From Lytechinus pictus (Eukaryota), in assembly GCF_037042905.1 (NCBI RefSeq), contig NC_087263.1:13084001-13148000 (forward strand): a stretch of 64,000 nt of DNA, read 5' to 3'. Shown in pieces: positions 1 through 12,785 of this stretch. The notes under the pieces were generated by a model. That model worked only from the letters and a program-made list of their open reading frames with translations. It was not told the DNA's origin and searched no databases. The position numbers were made by a program, and so were the translations under genes. The first letter of the stretch is position 1. Each line of letters opens with the position of its first letter.

Positions 1-461
1 TATGTAGGCCTATATTATCTGTTGTATAATAGTATTTTTTAAGTGTTTAAAATCTTAAACTTTAAAGTTTACTTTTTAATTTTTAATCTTTAGAAAGATC
101 AGCATTGTTATTAAACATTAAATGGTTGGATCGCCATCACGCCCATGTGGTATCCACCCTGGAAAAAAAAAACAGTGTGTTCAAAATGTGGAACACACTG
201 AAATTACTTTCACATTGATAAATTTGAGAATTTCAACAGTGTGAATCACATATTCGCATAGACGACTGTGTGAACACGCTTTGAACAGTTACACTGTCGA
301 GACGTCCACAGTGTGAAAATATCTTCACACTGTTCAATTCCAGCATTTTTACAGTGTGAATACTATTGTCGCATTGTCTACTATGTGAACACACTGTGTT
401 CACACTGTGTTCTTTCCAGCAAGGATTTGACTATCCGAGAAGCAGACCAACTGCTTGTAGC

Positions 462-651
462 CAGGGGCGGATCTAGGATTTTTCGAGGGGGGGCACAGTT
501 TCCCCAGGAAAATTTGACAAGCAAAAAAAAAGGTTTAAACCAAATATTAAGGGGATTTCGTCTCGTCCACGAAAAAAAATTGACAAATAAAAAAACAACA
601 GTTTTTTTACATTACAAATTTTAATTGTGCCTCCCACCCTGGATCCGCCAG
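462..651. mobile_element. Short interspersed TIR element of the 'caggggcggatc...gatccgcc' family (related copies ~25296..25543 and ~61569..61710)
   Basis: Inverted ends ggcggatctagg / cctggatccgcc. Internal aaatttgacaagcaaaaa blocks are shared by the other copies. Confidence 0.6.
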
Positions 652-739
652 AGCTTGTAGCCGCTTGACTATAAACTGTATACATACTGAAGATAGATTA
701 TATATTTTGATAATTTTATTTTGTTTTAATCTTGAATAG

Positions 740-1002
740 CCGCTGGAAGAGACTTTCAGACTACACCATGACTCTTGGCTCCCACGACCGCGACGCCATT
801 GACGAAACCCAAGTCAACGCCAAGCTCGGCGGCATCTTCGTCCACGAGAACTACGACACCAGGAACCTCGACAACGACATCGCTCTCTTGAAGCTGGAGA
901 GCCCCGTCACCTTCACCGACTACATCAGCGAGGCCTGCGTTGCCCAGACCGACTACGAAGCCGAAACCATGTGCGTCGTCACTGGATGGGGAGACCAAGA
1001 AA
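740..1002 (+). CDS. Trypsin-like (S1A) serine protease, internal exon with catalytic Asp (upstream exons outside window)
   Basis: tag acceptor at 737-739 and gt donor at 1003. Translation RWKRLSDYTMTLGSHD...HENYDTRNLDNDIALLKLESPV...CVVTGWGDQE has the DIALL and GWG motifs. Confidence 0.93.
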
Positions 1003-1010
1003 GTTAGTTC

Positions 1011-1286
1011 CGGCCCTCTTACAAAAGAGTTACGATTCTTCTAAGCAACCTCAGCTATATGGAAATCCATTAATGTCATGATAATTACAACATGAAAATT
1101 GCACAATGACCATTGTAAACAAAGAGAAGTACACTTAAGTTTCAAGAAATGCAATTAATGTATAAATATACATCATATCTCGACAAATATTTTGGAAAAA
1201 AAGCATGCAGCTTAGATGCTGATGTTACTGGCTGTCCATTGTTTTGGTTGATCGGATCGATCTTAACTCTTTATAAGACAGGGCCC
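1011..1286. mobile_element. MITE (second copy reversed at ~38360..38636)
   Basis: Inverted ends ggccctcttacaaaagagtt / aactctttataagacagggccc. Interior is homologous to the 38360..38636 copy. Confidence 0.6.
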
Positions 1287-2224
1287 AATCTTTACGTTGT
1301 ACGCCAGGATTAAAAAATCTAATTCTTCCATTTTTTTTGGGGGGGGGGAATGCCTTCACAGTAAAAGCGTTTTTTCTTTTTATTTTATTACTACGCAGTT
1401 TACTATATGACGCGTACAGTACCTGTTTAACACCTAAACTCAATTAATTGAGAATTTGATATTTCAAATCAATCTCTCTTTTAAAGATTTCAAACACTTC
1501 TTTAAACCGCTTAAATAGACACTGCAAAGTTCATATACATGTTGTTATTAGATTTGTATTACAAAAATAAACTAAACTGCGTAATTGAAATTTAAAAAAC
1601 GGTATGAGATTTGAATCTATATCTCATACTATATTGATTTAACGCAAGCCAGAGAGTAAAGAATACATATGCATATTAATATACCTATGCATCCATATAC
1701 ATATGCATGATATTTTGCGGGGGGTATTACATATTCGATCGCCTGTCAATGAATCTATGATAAAGGAATTAATGTAGAAATGGATTAAATTCAATAAATT
1801 AGGGATATATGTTAACATTGATTTTCCCTTTTTTAAGAAATATGATCTACAAGGTCTTAGTTGCCAATTCTGTCTTTGATAATTATGTTATAAACCAAAG
1901 CAAGAAAAATCATAATTTAGAGCATCAAAAAGTACAATTTAAGTTAACCGGAAACGCCAACTTAATTACATCCCATACACTGACATGGGTTACATTGATC
2001 GCCTGAGGAGATCCAGTAAATGTGTGTGTGGGGGGAAGGGGGGTAGGGGGTTTCAGTTACAGATATCTTGCAGGAATGTGATTTTGTTTCTTCCTGGTTG
2101 TGGGTAATTTTCATTTTTTTCATTCCATATGAATAATATTAAAGTGAATGAAAGCTCTCTTGTCTTAGATAAGACCTTTGTGATCTTACCCTATGCCTTT
2201 AATTATATTTCTCTTTTTTACTAG

Positions 2225-2370
2225 CTGCCATTGACCAGACCGAGCTCCAAGAAGTCTACGTCCCCATTATCGATAACGCAGTGTGCAACCGCGCCTCATG
2301 GTACAACGGTGAAGTCACTGACAATATGATCTGCGCTGGATACTCCACCGGAGGCAAAGACTCTTGCCAG
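2225..2370 (+). CDS. Trypsin-like serine protease, penultimate exon
   Basis: ag/gt bounded; the phase-1 join to the previous exon is in frame. AIDQTELQEVYVPII...CNR...NMICAGYSTGGKDSCQ. The Asp in KDSC (S1 pocket) implies trypsin-type specificity. Confidence 0.93.
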
Positions 2371-2890
2371 GTTCGTACACTTTCTTTAAAGAAAATCACT
2401 CTTAAAGGAGGTAAAATGTTCAATTGCATTTGTTATACTGTGCATGGTTTTAAGGGTAAATTTAGAGTCAGAGTCGAGAAACTACTGCGGTAGGCAAGTA
2501 CTCGTACTCTCTTCATACTTTCTTATTTTTTAAACTCACAATGAAATGGATCACCCTTTATAGAGTAGATTTGGATAGTAGATTAAGAGTGCAGGTTGAC
2601 TCTTAAAAGACGAAAGCCTCTTTAAAAAAACACATTTTAAGAGTGAATTTGAAATTTTATTTTACAGAGCCAATGTTGTCAATGTGCATTTTCACTCATA
2701 TTTCCGTGAAATTTGGGTAAAAACGAAAAAGAAAATTGAAATAAATATGATTAAAGCTTTTAAAATAATCAGTACGTGTTCTATGTCGATTTTGTCGACA
2801 CTTTCACCTGGTTTTATTTCTGTGTGTGTGTGTGTGTGTGTTGAATTCTCCGTTAAAGTCAGTTATTTTTTTCAATTGCACCCTTTATAG

Positions 2891-3055
2891 GGAGATAGCG
2901 GTGGACCATTCATGTGCAGGAACAGCGCCGGTGCCTGGGAATTGACTGGTGTCGTCAGCTGGGGATACGGTTGCGCTGATCCCCTCAACCCAGGAGTATA
3001 CGCCAGGGTTACACGATACAACGACTGGATCAACGGAATCATCTCAAACAACTAA
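2891..3055 (+). CDS. Trypsin-like serine protease, last exon with catalytic Ser
   Basis: tttatag acceptor, then [54 protein letters not shown]. Phase 0 matches the previous exon. Confidence 0.95.
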   Translation, partial: GDSGGPFMCRNSAGAWELTGVVSWGYGCADPLNPGVYARVTRYNDWINGIISNN

Positions 3056-3395
3056 ATTCAGCAGCTGATGTCAAGGAACTATCTAACCGCACGAGCATGA
3101 TATAACTAGTCAGTTGTGTTTATTTCAAGGGAATATATCCTATGATTCCATTTAGTGCAATACAACAAATATATTATTAGTTTTATCATTATTATAATTG
3201 CAATATTTGAATGGTTTTTGCGGCCCAACACATTCACTTTCTTGCACTTAGTTAAACACTACAGGGTAGAAATTCACCTGAATTTCAAGTATTATCCAGG
3301 CGAACTATCATACAGGGTTAACAGCAATCACTGTCATTCTAGTTTAGATTATAGATTAATGATAGATTATTTATTTTTGTGTGTGAAAATTAAGC

Positions 3396-3401
3396 AATAA
3401 A
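3396..3401 (+). terminator. Probable polyadenylation signal of the protease gene
   Basis: AATAAA about 340 bp after the stop codon, just before the minisatellite begins. Confidence 0.45.
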
Positions 3402-3454
3402 TTTTTGAAAAATGATAACATTTAAATCCCTATTGTATTTCATTAATTATGTGC

Positions 3455-4665
3455 GGCAGAAGAAGAGTGTATACTGTGGGGTGTGGATTGTAGGATGAGT
3501 GTGGGTGTGGGTGATGAAGAGTGTAGATTGTGGGGTGCGGAATGTAGGATTGTGGTGTAGTATTTGGGCGAGTGTGGGTGAAGAAATGTGTGGTTTGTGG
3601 GGTGTGGATTATAGGAACAGGATGAGTGTGGGTGAAGAAGAGCCTGGTTGGTTGGGTGTGGATTGTAGGATTAGGGCGAGTGTGGGTGAAGAAGAGTGTA
3701 GATTGTGGGGTGTGGATTGTAGGATTAGGGTGAGTGTGGGTGAAGAAGAGTGGTTTGTGGGGTGTGGAATGTAGGATTATGGTGAGAGTGGGTGAAGAAG
3801 AGTTTAGATTGTCGGGTGCGGATTGTAGGATCAGGGCGAGTGTTGGTGAAGAAGAGTGGTTTGTGGGGTGTGGAATGTAGGATTATGGTGAGAGTGGGTG
3901 AAGAAGAGTGTGGTTTGTGGAGTGCGGATTGTAGTATTTGGGTGAGTGTTGGTGAAGAAAAGTGTGGTTTGTGGGGTGCGGATTGTAGGATTTAGGGTGA
4001 GTGTGGGTGAAGAAAAGTGTGGTTTGTGGGGTGTGGATTGTAGGATTTGGGTGAGTGTGGGTGAAGAAGATTGTAGATTGTGGGGTGTGGATTGTAGGAT
4101 TATGGTGCGTGTGGGGGAAGAAGAGTGTGGTTTGTGGGGTGCGGATTGTATGATTAGGGTGATTGTGGGTGAAAAAGAGTGTAAATTGTGGGGTGCAGAT
4201 TGTAGGAATATGGTGAGTGTGGGTGAAGAAGAGCCTGGTTTGTTGGGTGTGGATTGTAGTATTTGGGTGAGTGTTGGTGAAGAAGAATGGGTTGTGGGGT
4301 GTAGATTGTAGGATTAGGGTGAGTGTGGGTGAAGACGAGTGTGGTTTGTGGCGTGTAGATTGTAGGATTAGGGTGAGTGTGGGTGAAGAAGAGTGTGGTT
4401 TGTGGGGTGCGAATTGTAGTATTTGGGTGAGTGTTGGTGAAGAAGAATGGGTTGTGGGGTGTAGATTGTAGGATTAGGGTGAGTGTGGGTGAAGACGAGT
4501 GTGGTTTGTGGGGTGCGGATTGTAGGATTAGGGTGCGTGTGGGTGAAGAAGAGTGTGGTTTGTGGGGTGCGGATTGTATGATTAGGGTGATTGTGGGTGA
4601 AAAAGAGTGTAAATTGTGGGGTGCAGATTGTAGGAATATGGTGAGTGTGGGTGAAGAAAAGTGTT
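3455..4665. repeat. G/T-rich minisatellite, ~54-bp unit
   Basis: About 20 imperfect copies of gggtgaagaagagtgtggtttgtggggtgtggattgtaggattagggtgagtgt. This explains the overlapping spurious ORFs. Confidence 0.95.
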
Positions 4666-4790
4666 GATTGATGAGTGTGGATGTGGAACATACATCGGTG
4701 TGAGAATGAGTTTTGGTGTGGAACATGCATTAGATCAGGTTGGAAATGAGTGTGGGTGTGGGACATAGATCGGGATGGGAATGAGTGTAG
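4666..4790. repeat. Start of 35-bp minisatellite (interrupted by retrotransposons)
   Basis: Units of gagtgtgggtgtggaacatagatcggggtgggaat, the same unit as at 10646..11132 and 12786..14000. Confidence 0.85.
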
Positions 4791-7700
4791 TTATTTTTTT
4801 TTTTTTTGAAGTCTGAAAAATGATTCCTCACTTTTCAGTTAGCTTTTTTCTGTAATGTTTTAAACGACAGTTATGAATAAGTCAGGAGAATATAGTTAAT
4901 TTGGGCAATGGATTCAATTGAAACAGAGTAAGAAGACAGAAAATCCTTCCCTCTCCTCTCGCTGGTATTTAAAATGTATAAGCTGTATATTGAGTATAGG
5001 ATTATGGAAATGTGGACTTGGATGCAGAGTATCTAAAAGAAAGTGATGCAAAATATAATAAGACATTTAAAAGCAAGTATTTAAGAAGGAAGTAATAGAA
5101 AAGAAAAGATGAAGAGAGTGTGACATGTAATGAAACATCGGGGAATGTAGATTCTGCAAACGGATAATCCCTCTTTTCTTTTATTTTTTTATTTTCGATA
5201 TCTGTAAAAGGTATACAAAATGGCTGATTTGGGGTTCTTTTAAAGTTGAAGCAAATAGGAAGGTATTATAAAGAATTCGTGAAAAGAAAAATTGTATAAA
5301 GGATGGGAAGGAAATGAAACAATGAAAACTTTCTTTCAGATTGGACGTCCTTCTTCATGTTCTTCACTTTGAAAAGAAGGGTTAACGACATGAAGCAGAG
5401 TTGGAAGAGTTTTTTTTTTTTCCTGTTTGGTTTTTGTTTTGTCAATGATGAGCATATGTATGTTAAATCATTTTGAGTACAATGCTGGTTTTGGGACAAG
5501 TAATTTTAAATGTGAACTCTGGCGTGTCTTTAAAATGTATGTTTGTTAAGGATTGCTTGGTATCCCTCATTTTGTTGAGGTTTGAGGATGGACGAAAGGT
5601 TTTGCACATAACGTTATTACAGATAATGCTGTCGTATTTAATCAGATGTAACAGGTGCAAAGTCCGGGAAATTATTTTATTTGTGAGTTTCTCATGCATC
5701 TGATTGAGAATATCAATGGGAAATTAAAATGTAGTTTCCCCGTTGGTGTCTCTTTTTTATATTCATTTTCTATGCATTTCTACAAGGTGCAATTACAATG
5801 AAGACAGAATGTTGGAAAAGCTTAGAGATGGAAGATTTCATTCTCCTCTCCTTTATTATTTGTTTTCCTTTATTTTCTTTTTATATTGGATCATCTTTGT
5901 TAGCGTTTGATGATTTGCAAGCATTACTACTTTTCTTTATTTTTGTTCGTAAAGGGTTATTATGTTTTACTTGGAAAATATTTCCTAACGAATTTGTTGA
6001 ATGTGAATTGGAAGGGAGCTCTCTCTATGTTTAAGGCTATTTTTAAGTATGTGTGTTCTTTACATGGGTCTGTACTTTTTGATGAATAGTGTAATTGTGT
6101 TTCGATTGGCATGTACTTGGTGTTGGGTGTATGCGTGTGTCTGTAAATGGGAGTGTCTTTGGTGTGGTCCAGTGAATGTGAGTGATTGTTGTGTGAAGCG
6201 TGGTTATGCCTGTTCACATTTAAATCTGTTACTTGGTCAGTTTCATTTGCATATTTTTCGGGATAGGGTGTTTAGGCTTCAATAGTAGGTCGTATTTTAC
6301 TTTATTAACTTTAAATGTCAGAGGGCTAAGAGATAGAATTAAAAGGAAGAACATTTTTGAATTTTGCAGAGATAAAGGCAGTAACATAGTATTTTTACAG
6401 GAAACATATAGTACGGTAGAGGTGGAAGAAAAATGGAAATCAGAGTGGAATGGTCAATTACTGTTCAGTCACGGAACAAATCATAGTAAAGGTGTTTTAG
6501 TTTTGATTTCTCCAAATATAAATATGAAAATTAAAAATGTGAGTATTGGCGAAAATGGAAGATATATTATAATGAAATTAGAATATCAGCAATCTACTTT
6601 TTTACTAGTAAATTGTTACTTTCCCACCAGGGATAAAGAAAAGATGCAAATAGAATTTTTAGATGAATTGGAAAATTGTATTTCAAAGCTTTATAGTTCC
6701 GGAGATACAATAATTTTAGGAGGAGATTTTAATATGATAATGAATGGGGATTTGGATTATATGGGGCCTCGAAAGTCTATGAAAAAACAAATTTAACGAA
6801 AAGTTCGAAGACCTCCTGGACAGATTATTTTTAGTAGATATATGGAGAAAAAAGAATCCAGAAAAAAAACAATTCACATTTAGACAAAAGTGGCCGGTCG
6901 TTCAGAGTCGGTTGGATTATTGGTTCGTTTCCTCTACATTACAGGATTCCGTTAACTGTTGTGATATTTTGACATCAATTACACCAGATCACTCAGGTGT
7001 ACTGCTTCAATTACGTAACTTTGTAAATGCTCCAGACTTTGGAAATTCAATAACAGTTTGTGCGTAGATGAAGAATTTGTTAGGATGTTTAAAGATAAAG
7101 TAGTTGCATTAAAAGCAGAATGGATTCCAAAAATAAAGGACAAATTACTGTTATGGGATTTTTTGAAAATGAAAATGAGACAGTTTATTAATACATATAC
7201 AAAAGAAAAGGCAAAGGTCAGAAAAAATGAAATTAAAAAAATAGAGAAAGAAATAGAAGAATTAGAAAATAAACTTTTGTCTCAGCCATTGAGAAATATA
7301 ATTGATGACATTGATGAGAAAAAATCTAATTTGAACAAGTTATATGATTATAGTCGACAAGGTTTAAAAATTCGGTCAAGGGCAGTTTGGTTTGAGGAAG
7401 GAGAACAAAAAAACACAATATTTTGAACAGTTATTGAAGTCTAATAAACGGAAAAGTGTGATAAAAGAATTGTATGATGACGATGATCACATCATTAAGG
7501 ATAGAAAGGAAATATTGAAGAAGATTGGAACGTATTATGAAAACTTATACTCATTGAGTGAAGCTATTGTTAATGAAAATTCTTTGTTCCTTAAGGATAT
7601 TCCTCAATTAAGTAAAGAAAGTTGTAATATATGTGAAGGTAGAATAAGTATTCATGAATGTTTAAATGTTTTAAAAGAAATGAAATATAATAAATCCCCT

Positions 7701-10645
7701 GGTAACGATGGTTTTACGGTAGAGTTTTATTATAATTTTTGGAATTTATTAGGGGGACTTTTGATAGATGTTTTAAATGAAACATATGAAAGGGGAAAAC
7801 TGACAACCTCACAAAAGCAAGGTGTGATAACGTTATTGGAAAAAAAAGATAAAGATCCATTATATGTCCAAAATTTTAGACCAATTACACTTTTAAATGT
7901 GGATTACAAAATATTGTCAAAGGTTTTAGCAAAAAGATTAAAAGGTATACTAAATGAGATAATTCACAATGATCAAGTTGGCTATGTAAAAGATAGAAAC
8001 ATTGGCGATGGTGTAAGATTAATAGATGATATGTTATATCAATCTAATTTCAAACATATTGGATATTTAATCACTGTTGATTTTGAAAAGGCCTTTGATT
8101 CTGTTTCACATGATTTTCTTTTTAAGATCCTTAAACTATTTGGATTTGGGCACTCATTCTGTTCGTGGGTCCGTGTTTTATACTCGGATATTACTAGTAG
8201 TGTTATGAATGGGGGGTTTTCTTCCGGTTATTTTAATATAAAGCGAGGGGTAAGACAGGGGGATCCCCTCTCCCCATATTTGTTTCTGCTCTGTATTGAA
8301 ATACTTGCTCTGGCAATAAGGAAAGACAGACAGGTTGAAGGAATTCAATTTCAGAACCGTGAAATAAAGCAAATTTTGTATGCTGATGATATATCATTGT
8401 TTGTTAAAAATACACACTCTTTAGATCGTCTTCAATACCTTTTTGAAGAATTCGAGAAAATTAGTGGTCTAAAAATAAACAAAGGAAAAACTAATATTTT
8501 GTGGATGGGTCGGGATAATGACAGACCTCAGACACAGTTGTTTGGGAATTTTGTTCAGCATATTAAAATTTTAGGTGTTTACTTTTCTCTTAATGTTATA
8601 ATAAAAGAAGACATGAATTACAAAGAAATACTTAGTAAAATAAAAAGACTGTTGGGATGGTGGAAACAAAGGGATCTCACACTTATGGGGAAAATTCACT
8701 TGTTAAAAACATATGCATTGTCAAGGCTAAACTTTGTTTCGTCACTAATAGTGGTTCCTCAGTGGTTGTATGCTGAGGTTGAAAAGATCACATTTGAATT
8801 TTTATGGTCCGGAAAAGATCGGATAAAGAGAATTATAATGTACCAGGATTACTCACAAGGGGGTTTAAAAATGATGAATTTTAAGTTGTTTGTAAAGTCT
8901 CAACGTTTAATGTGGCTTAAGCGATTACTTTACGGAGAACGAGATGCAGGATGGAAGTTGTATTTTGATTTTTGTTTTCGATCAGTTGGGGGGAGATTTC
9001 TGTTTCTATGTGACTTTGACACTTCAAAATTAAATATAAAAATGCCCCCATTTTATTCAGAAATGATGAAGGCTTGGCAAGACTTAAGGAGATTTCGTTA
9101 TTCTGAAGAGAAGGTTAACCCTATTATATTCAATAATCAACATATTTGTATAAAAGGTAAAACAATTTTTGACAATGATCTTTTTAATAAAGGAATATTT
9201 AGCGTTGATCAAATTTTTGATAATGGCCACTTGAAGCCTGTGACTTTTTTTCAAAATCTCGGTATTACCGCAAATCAACTTCTCCAAATAATAGATATTG
9301 TGCACGTTATACCAGCAAGCTGGAAAAATTTTAATAGTTTAATAAAGTTTAAAAAATTGATTTGGTAGACTTTGGGATAAGTGTGAATATTGGAAAACAG
9401 GAAACAGCTTTTGAAGTAATTAAATCAAAAACAATTTATAACTTGTTTATTACTAAGCTACAAGAGCTATACAAGTTAACACTTAAGGATGGTCACAGTG
9501 ATTTTGATTTTACTGATGTAGAAATTTGTAAATTATTTGAATATATCAGGAGTACAACTCTTATAAGAAAACAAAGGGAATTTCAGTTTATGCTTTTACA
9601 TGGAGCAATATATACAAAAGAGCATTTGATGAGATTTGGTTTCGTGGGAGATAATTATTGTTCGTTTGGTTGTACAAAAACTGAATCGTACTTTCATATA
9701 CTCATGGATTGCATAAAAGTTAAACCTCTTTGGCAATTTTGTATTGATCATTTTTGTTTAGCTGAATTAAGAACTTTGAATTGGAGGGAAATATTCTTAG
9801 GGTTACCTGGAAATTCTTGTAGAATTAAATGTGTCAATTCTGTTATTCTTTTTATTAAATATGCAATTTTTAATTCCAGAGCTGAAGGCCGGGTACCGTC
9901 ATTTATTGAAATACACAAATATATAACGGGTTGTATAGAAGAAGAAAGACGCCTGTCAACGAAGTCAGGCAAGTTAAGTTTACATTTGCAGAAATGGGAT
10001 GAACTGAAGGTGAAAAGGGATTTGAATGTGAACAGGTGGGATGTGTCTAGTGTGGTGCGAGTGTGAATCCTGGTGTGTATGTTGATGTTTTTTTTTTCTT
10101 TTTAATAGTTATTTTCAATTTCCCCTTCTCTTGTATCAATATGATTTGCAGGGTTTTTTTCTTTCTGTATCCTATTGCGCCAAAATGTTAAACGTTCATT
10201 ATGCAGATTTGTATATATTATGTTTGTTTACGTATGCGTGGTATGTGCATGTGTGTATGGGTGTTAAGGTGGGTGTGTGTATGTGTGTATAATTATGTAA
10301 AGTTATGTTGAAGCTTGATTTAAAATGGGATGCAATGATAATACATTTAGGTTGATTTCTGTTTTCCTGCAAATCATTTATATAGCCATTTAACATTAAT
10401 TATTATTGAAATACATAGAGGGTTGGGGACTCAGTTGAGTTATTTTTTTTTTCAGATATAAAAATATAATTTTAAGGAGTTTCATTCCGTCCTTATTTGC
10501 TTCAGTTCTTGGTAAATATATATGTACTTTTTTGCATATCCTTGTTGATATGAAATGAAGATTTGTATTTTGTTTTGTATTTATCTGCAGTTTATGTAAT
10601 TCATTTGAATGAAATCCTTAATAAAAACATATTGAAAAAAAAAAA
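4791..10645 (+). mobile_element. Tx1/L1-clade non-LTR retrotransposon, copy A (ORF2 frameshifted, no recognisable ORF1)
   Basis: APE endonuclease (TLNVRGL, FLQET, GGDFN, SRLDYW, PDH), RT (FRPITLLNVDYK, QGDPLSP, YADD) and C-terminal CCHC (CSFGC...HILMDC). AATAAA at 10620, poly(A) at 10635-10647. Candidate TSD aatgagtgtag at 4780-4790 and 10646-10656. Confidence 0.93.
6293..10066 (+). pseudogene. ORF2 (endonuclease-reverse transcriptase) of Tx1 copy A, broken by ~4 frameshifts
   Basis: ORF pieces 6233..6796, 7058..7426, 7392..9368 and 9362..10066 are collinear EN-RT-zinc knuckle segments in different frames. Confidence 0.9.
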
Positions 10646-11132
10646 AATGAGTGTAGGTGTTGAACATAGATCGGGGTGGGAATGAGTGTGGGGTGTGGAA
10701 CATAGATCGGGGTGAGAATGAGTGTGGGTGTGGAACATAGATCAGGTTGGGAATGAGTGTGGGTGTGGAACATAGATCGGGGTGGGAATGAGTGTAGGTG
10801 TTGAACATAGATCGGGGTGGGAATGAGTGTGGGTGTGGGACATAGAACGGGGTGGGAATGAGTGTGGGTGTGGAACATAGATCGGGGTGGGAAATGAGTG
10901 TGGGTGTGGAACATAGATCGGGGTGGGAATGAGTGTGGGTGTGGAACATAGATCGGGGTGGGAATGAGTGTTGGTGTGGAACATAGATCGGGGTGGGAAT
11001 GAGTGTGGGTGTGGAACATAGATCGGGTGGGAGTGAGTGTAGGTGTGGAACATAGATCGGGGTGGGAATGAGTGTGGGTGTGGAACATAGATCAGGGTGA
11101 GAATGAGTGTGGGGTGTGGAACATACATCGGT
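10646..11132. repeat. 35-bp G-rich minisatellite, middle block
   Basis: About 14 copies of atgagtgtgggtgtggaacatagatcggggtggga. Confidence 0.95.
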
Positions 11133-12785
11133 GTTGTCCCCTCATGGGTGTATATAGAAATCGAGAATTTATCATTTGATTTTATATGAGGAGGGAAAGA
11201 TCGTATTAAAAGAAAAATTATGTGTCAGAATTATAATTGTGGTGGGGTTAAAATGATAAATTTTGAAATATTTGTTAGAACGCAGCGTATAACGTGGGTA
11301 AAAAGACTTTTGTATGGAGTTAGAAATCTGGGGTGGAAGTTAATTTTTCAGTTGGAGGAAGGTTAATTTTTCTATGTGATTATGAAATGAAAAAGATAAA
11401 AAGTAAGTTGAAGATTCCATCGTATTATTTGGAAATGCTAGATGCTTGGCAAGAGATCGATAATTTAAGACATTTTAATGGTTCTAAAAATCCAATCATT
11501 TTCAATAATAAGAATATTTGTATAGAAAATTAAGATGATATTTGATAATGATTTATTAGAACGAGGGTTAATTAAGGTTGAACGTATCATTGACAATGGA
11601 CATGTTAAACCAGTCGCATACTTTTTTAACCTTGGTATGGGAAGTGATCATTTGTTTACAATAGGTGAAATATATCATGCAATTCCAAGTTATTGGAGAA
11701 ATGATTTAGGTTCGATACAATTTTGTGAGATAGACTTAATTAACTATAATATAAACTTGTTTCTGTTGGGGAGGGAAATTAGCTTTAAGGAGGTACCATC
11801 AAGAAAAATATATGATTATTTTATTAAAGAATTGCAAAAGTCATATGATTTACAGATAAGAGATGGACAAAATAATTATAATTATTTAGAGAAAGAAATT
11901 GGTGAAGTTTTTTTAGACCAAGAATAACATTATTGATCGGGAGACAGAGAGAATTTCAATTTAAGCTACTGCATGGGGCAATTTACACTAAAGTTTATTT
12001 GTTTAGATTTGGATTTGTTGAAGATAATCTCTGTTCGTACTGTAAACGGGAAACGGAAACATATTCACATATATTTTTGTCTTGCTTAAAGGTTAAACTG
12101 ATATGGGAAACTTTGATGCAGCGATTTGAATTAGATGAAATAAAGGACTTGAATTGGCGGGATATATTTGTTGGTCTGTCAGGCAATACAAATAGAATAA
12201 AAGTTGTAATACCATTATCTTTATGGTAAAATATATATTATTTATATTTAGAAAGGAGGGGGTATTACCAACCATTGACGATATACATAAACGTATTTTA
12301 GAATATAAGGGTCAAGAAAAGAAAATAGCTATCAAAATGGGGAAATTAGGGCGGCACTTTCAAAAATGGGAAACAGTAAAATTATGACAAGGTTAAGTTT
12401 GTAAGTCTTTATTTACTTTCAATATATGTTATGCTTCTCCCGTGAGCCTGTTATATTCAAAATTGTTCATCGAATTGTTTTGTACTTATAAACATTATTT
12501 ATTTATGATGAGTGAGAGCAGATCTTCTGGACAGTGGTGTGTGTGTGTGTGTGTGTGTGTTGGGGCGGGGGGAGGGGGAGGGGGAAGATTGGTGTTTAAG
12601 CATTTTCATAATAACTGATTTCATTGTTTTCTTTTAAGATATATATATGATTCATGATTATATTAAGTTAGTGAAAAAAGTATAAATATGAAATGTAAAG
12701 TATTATATGTGATTTGAAATGTTAAATTGAAATGTTATGTAACTATTTGTTCATTAAATCAGAATAAAAACAGTATTAAAAAAAA
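11133..12785 (+). mobile_element. Tx1/L1-clade retrotransposon, copy B (5'-truncated, degenerate, diverged from copy A)
   Basis: VPSWVYIEIENLSFDFI*GGKDRIKRK... aligns with copy A VPQWLYAEVEKITFEFLWSGKDRIKR. REFQFKLLHGAIYTK and the CSYC...HIFLSC knuckle are present. AATAAA at 12763, poly(A) at 12778-12785. Confidence 0.92.

Noticed and set aside
3660..4600. Telomeric TTAGGG repeats
   Set aside because: Only isolated hexamers within the 54-bp unit, not a tandem telomeric array.
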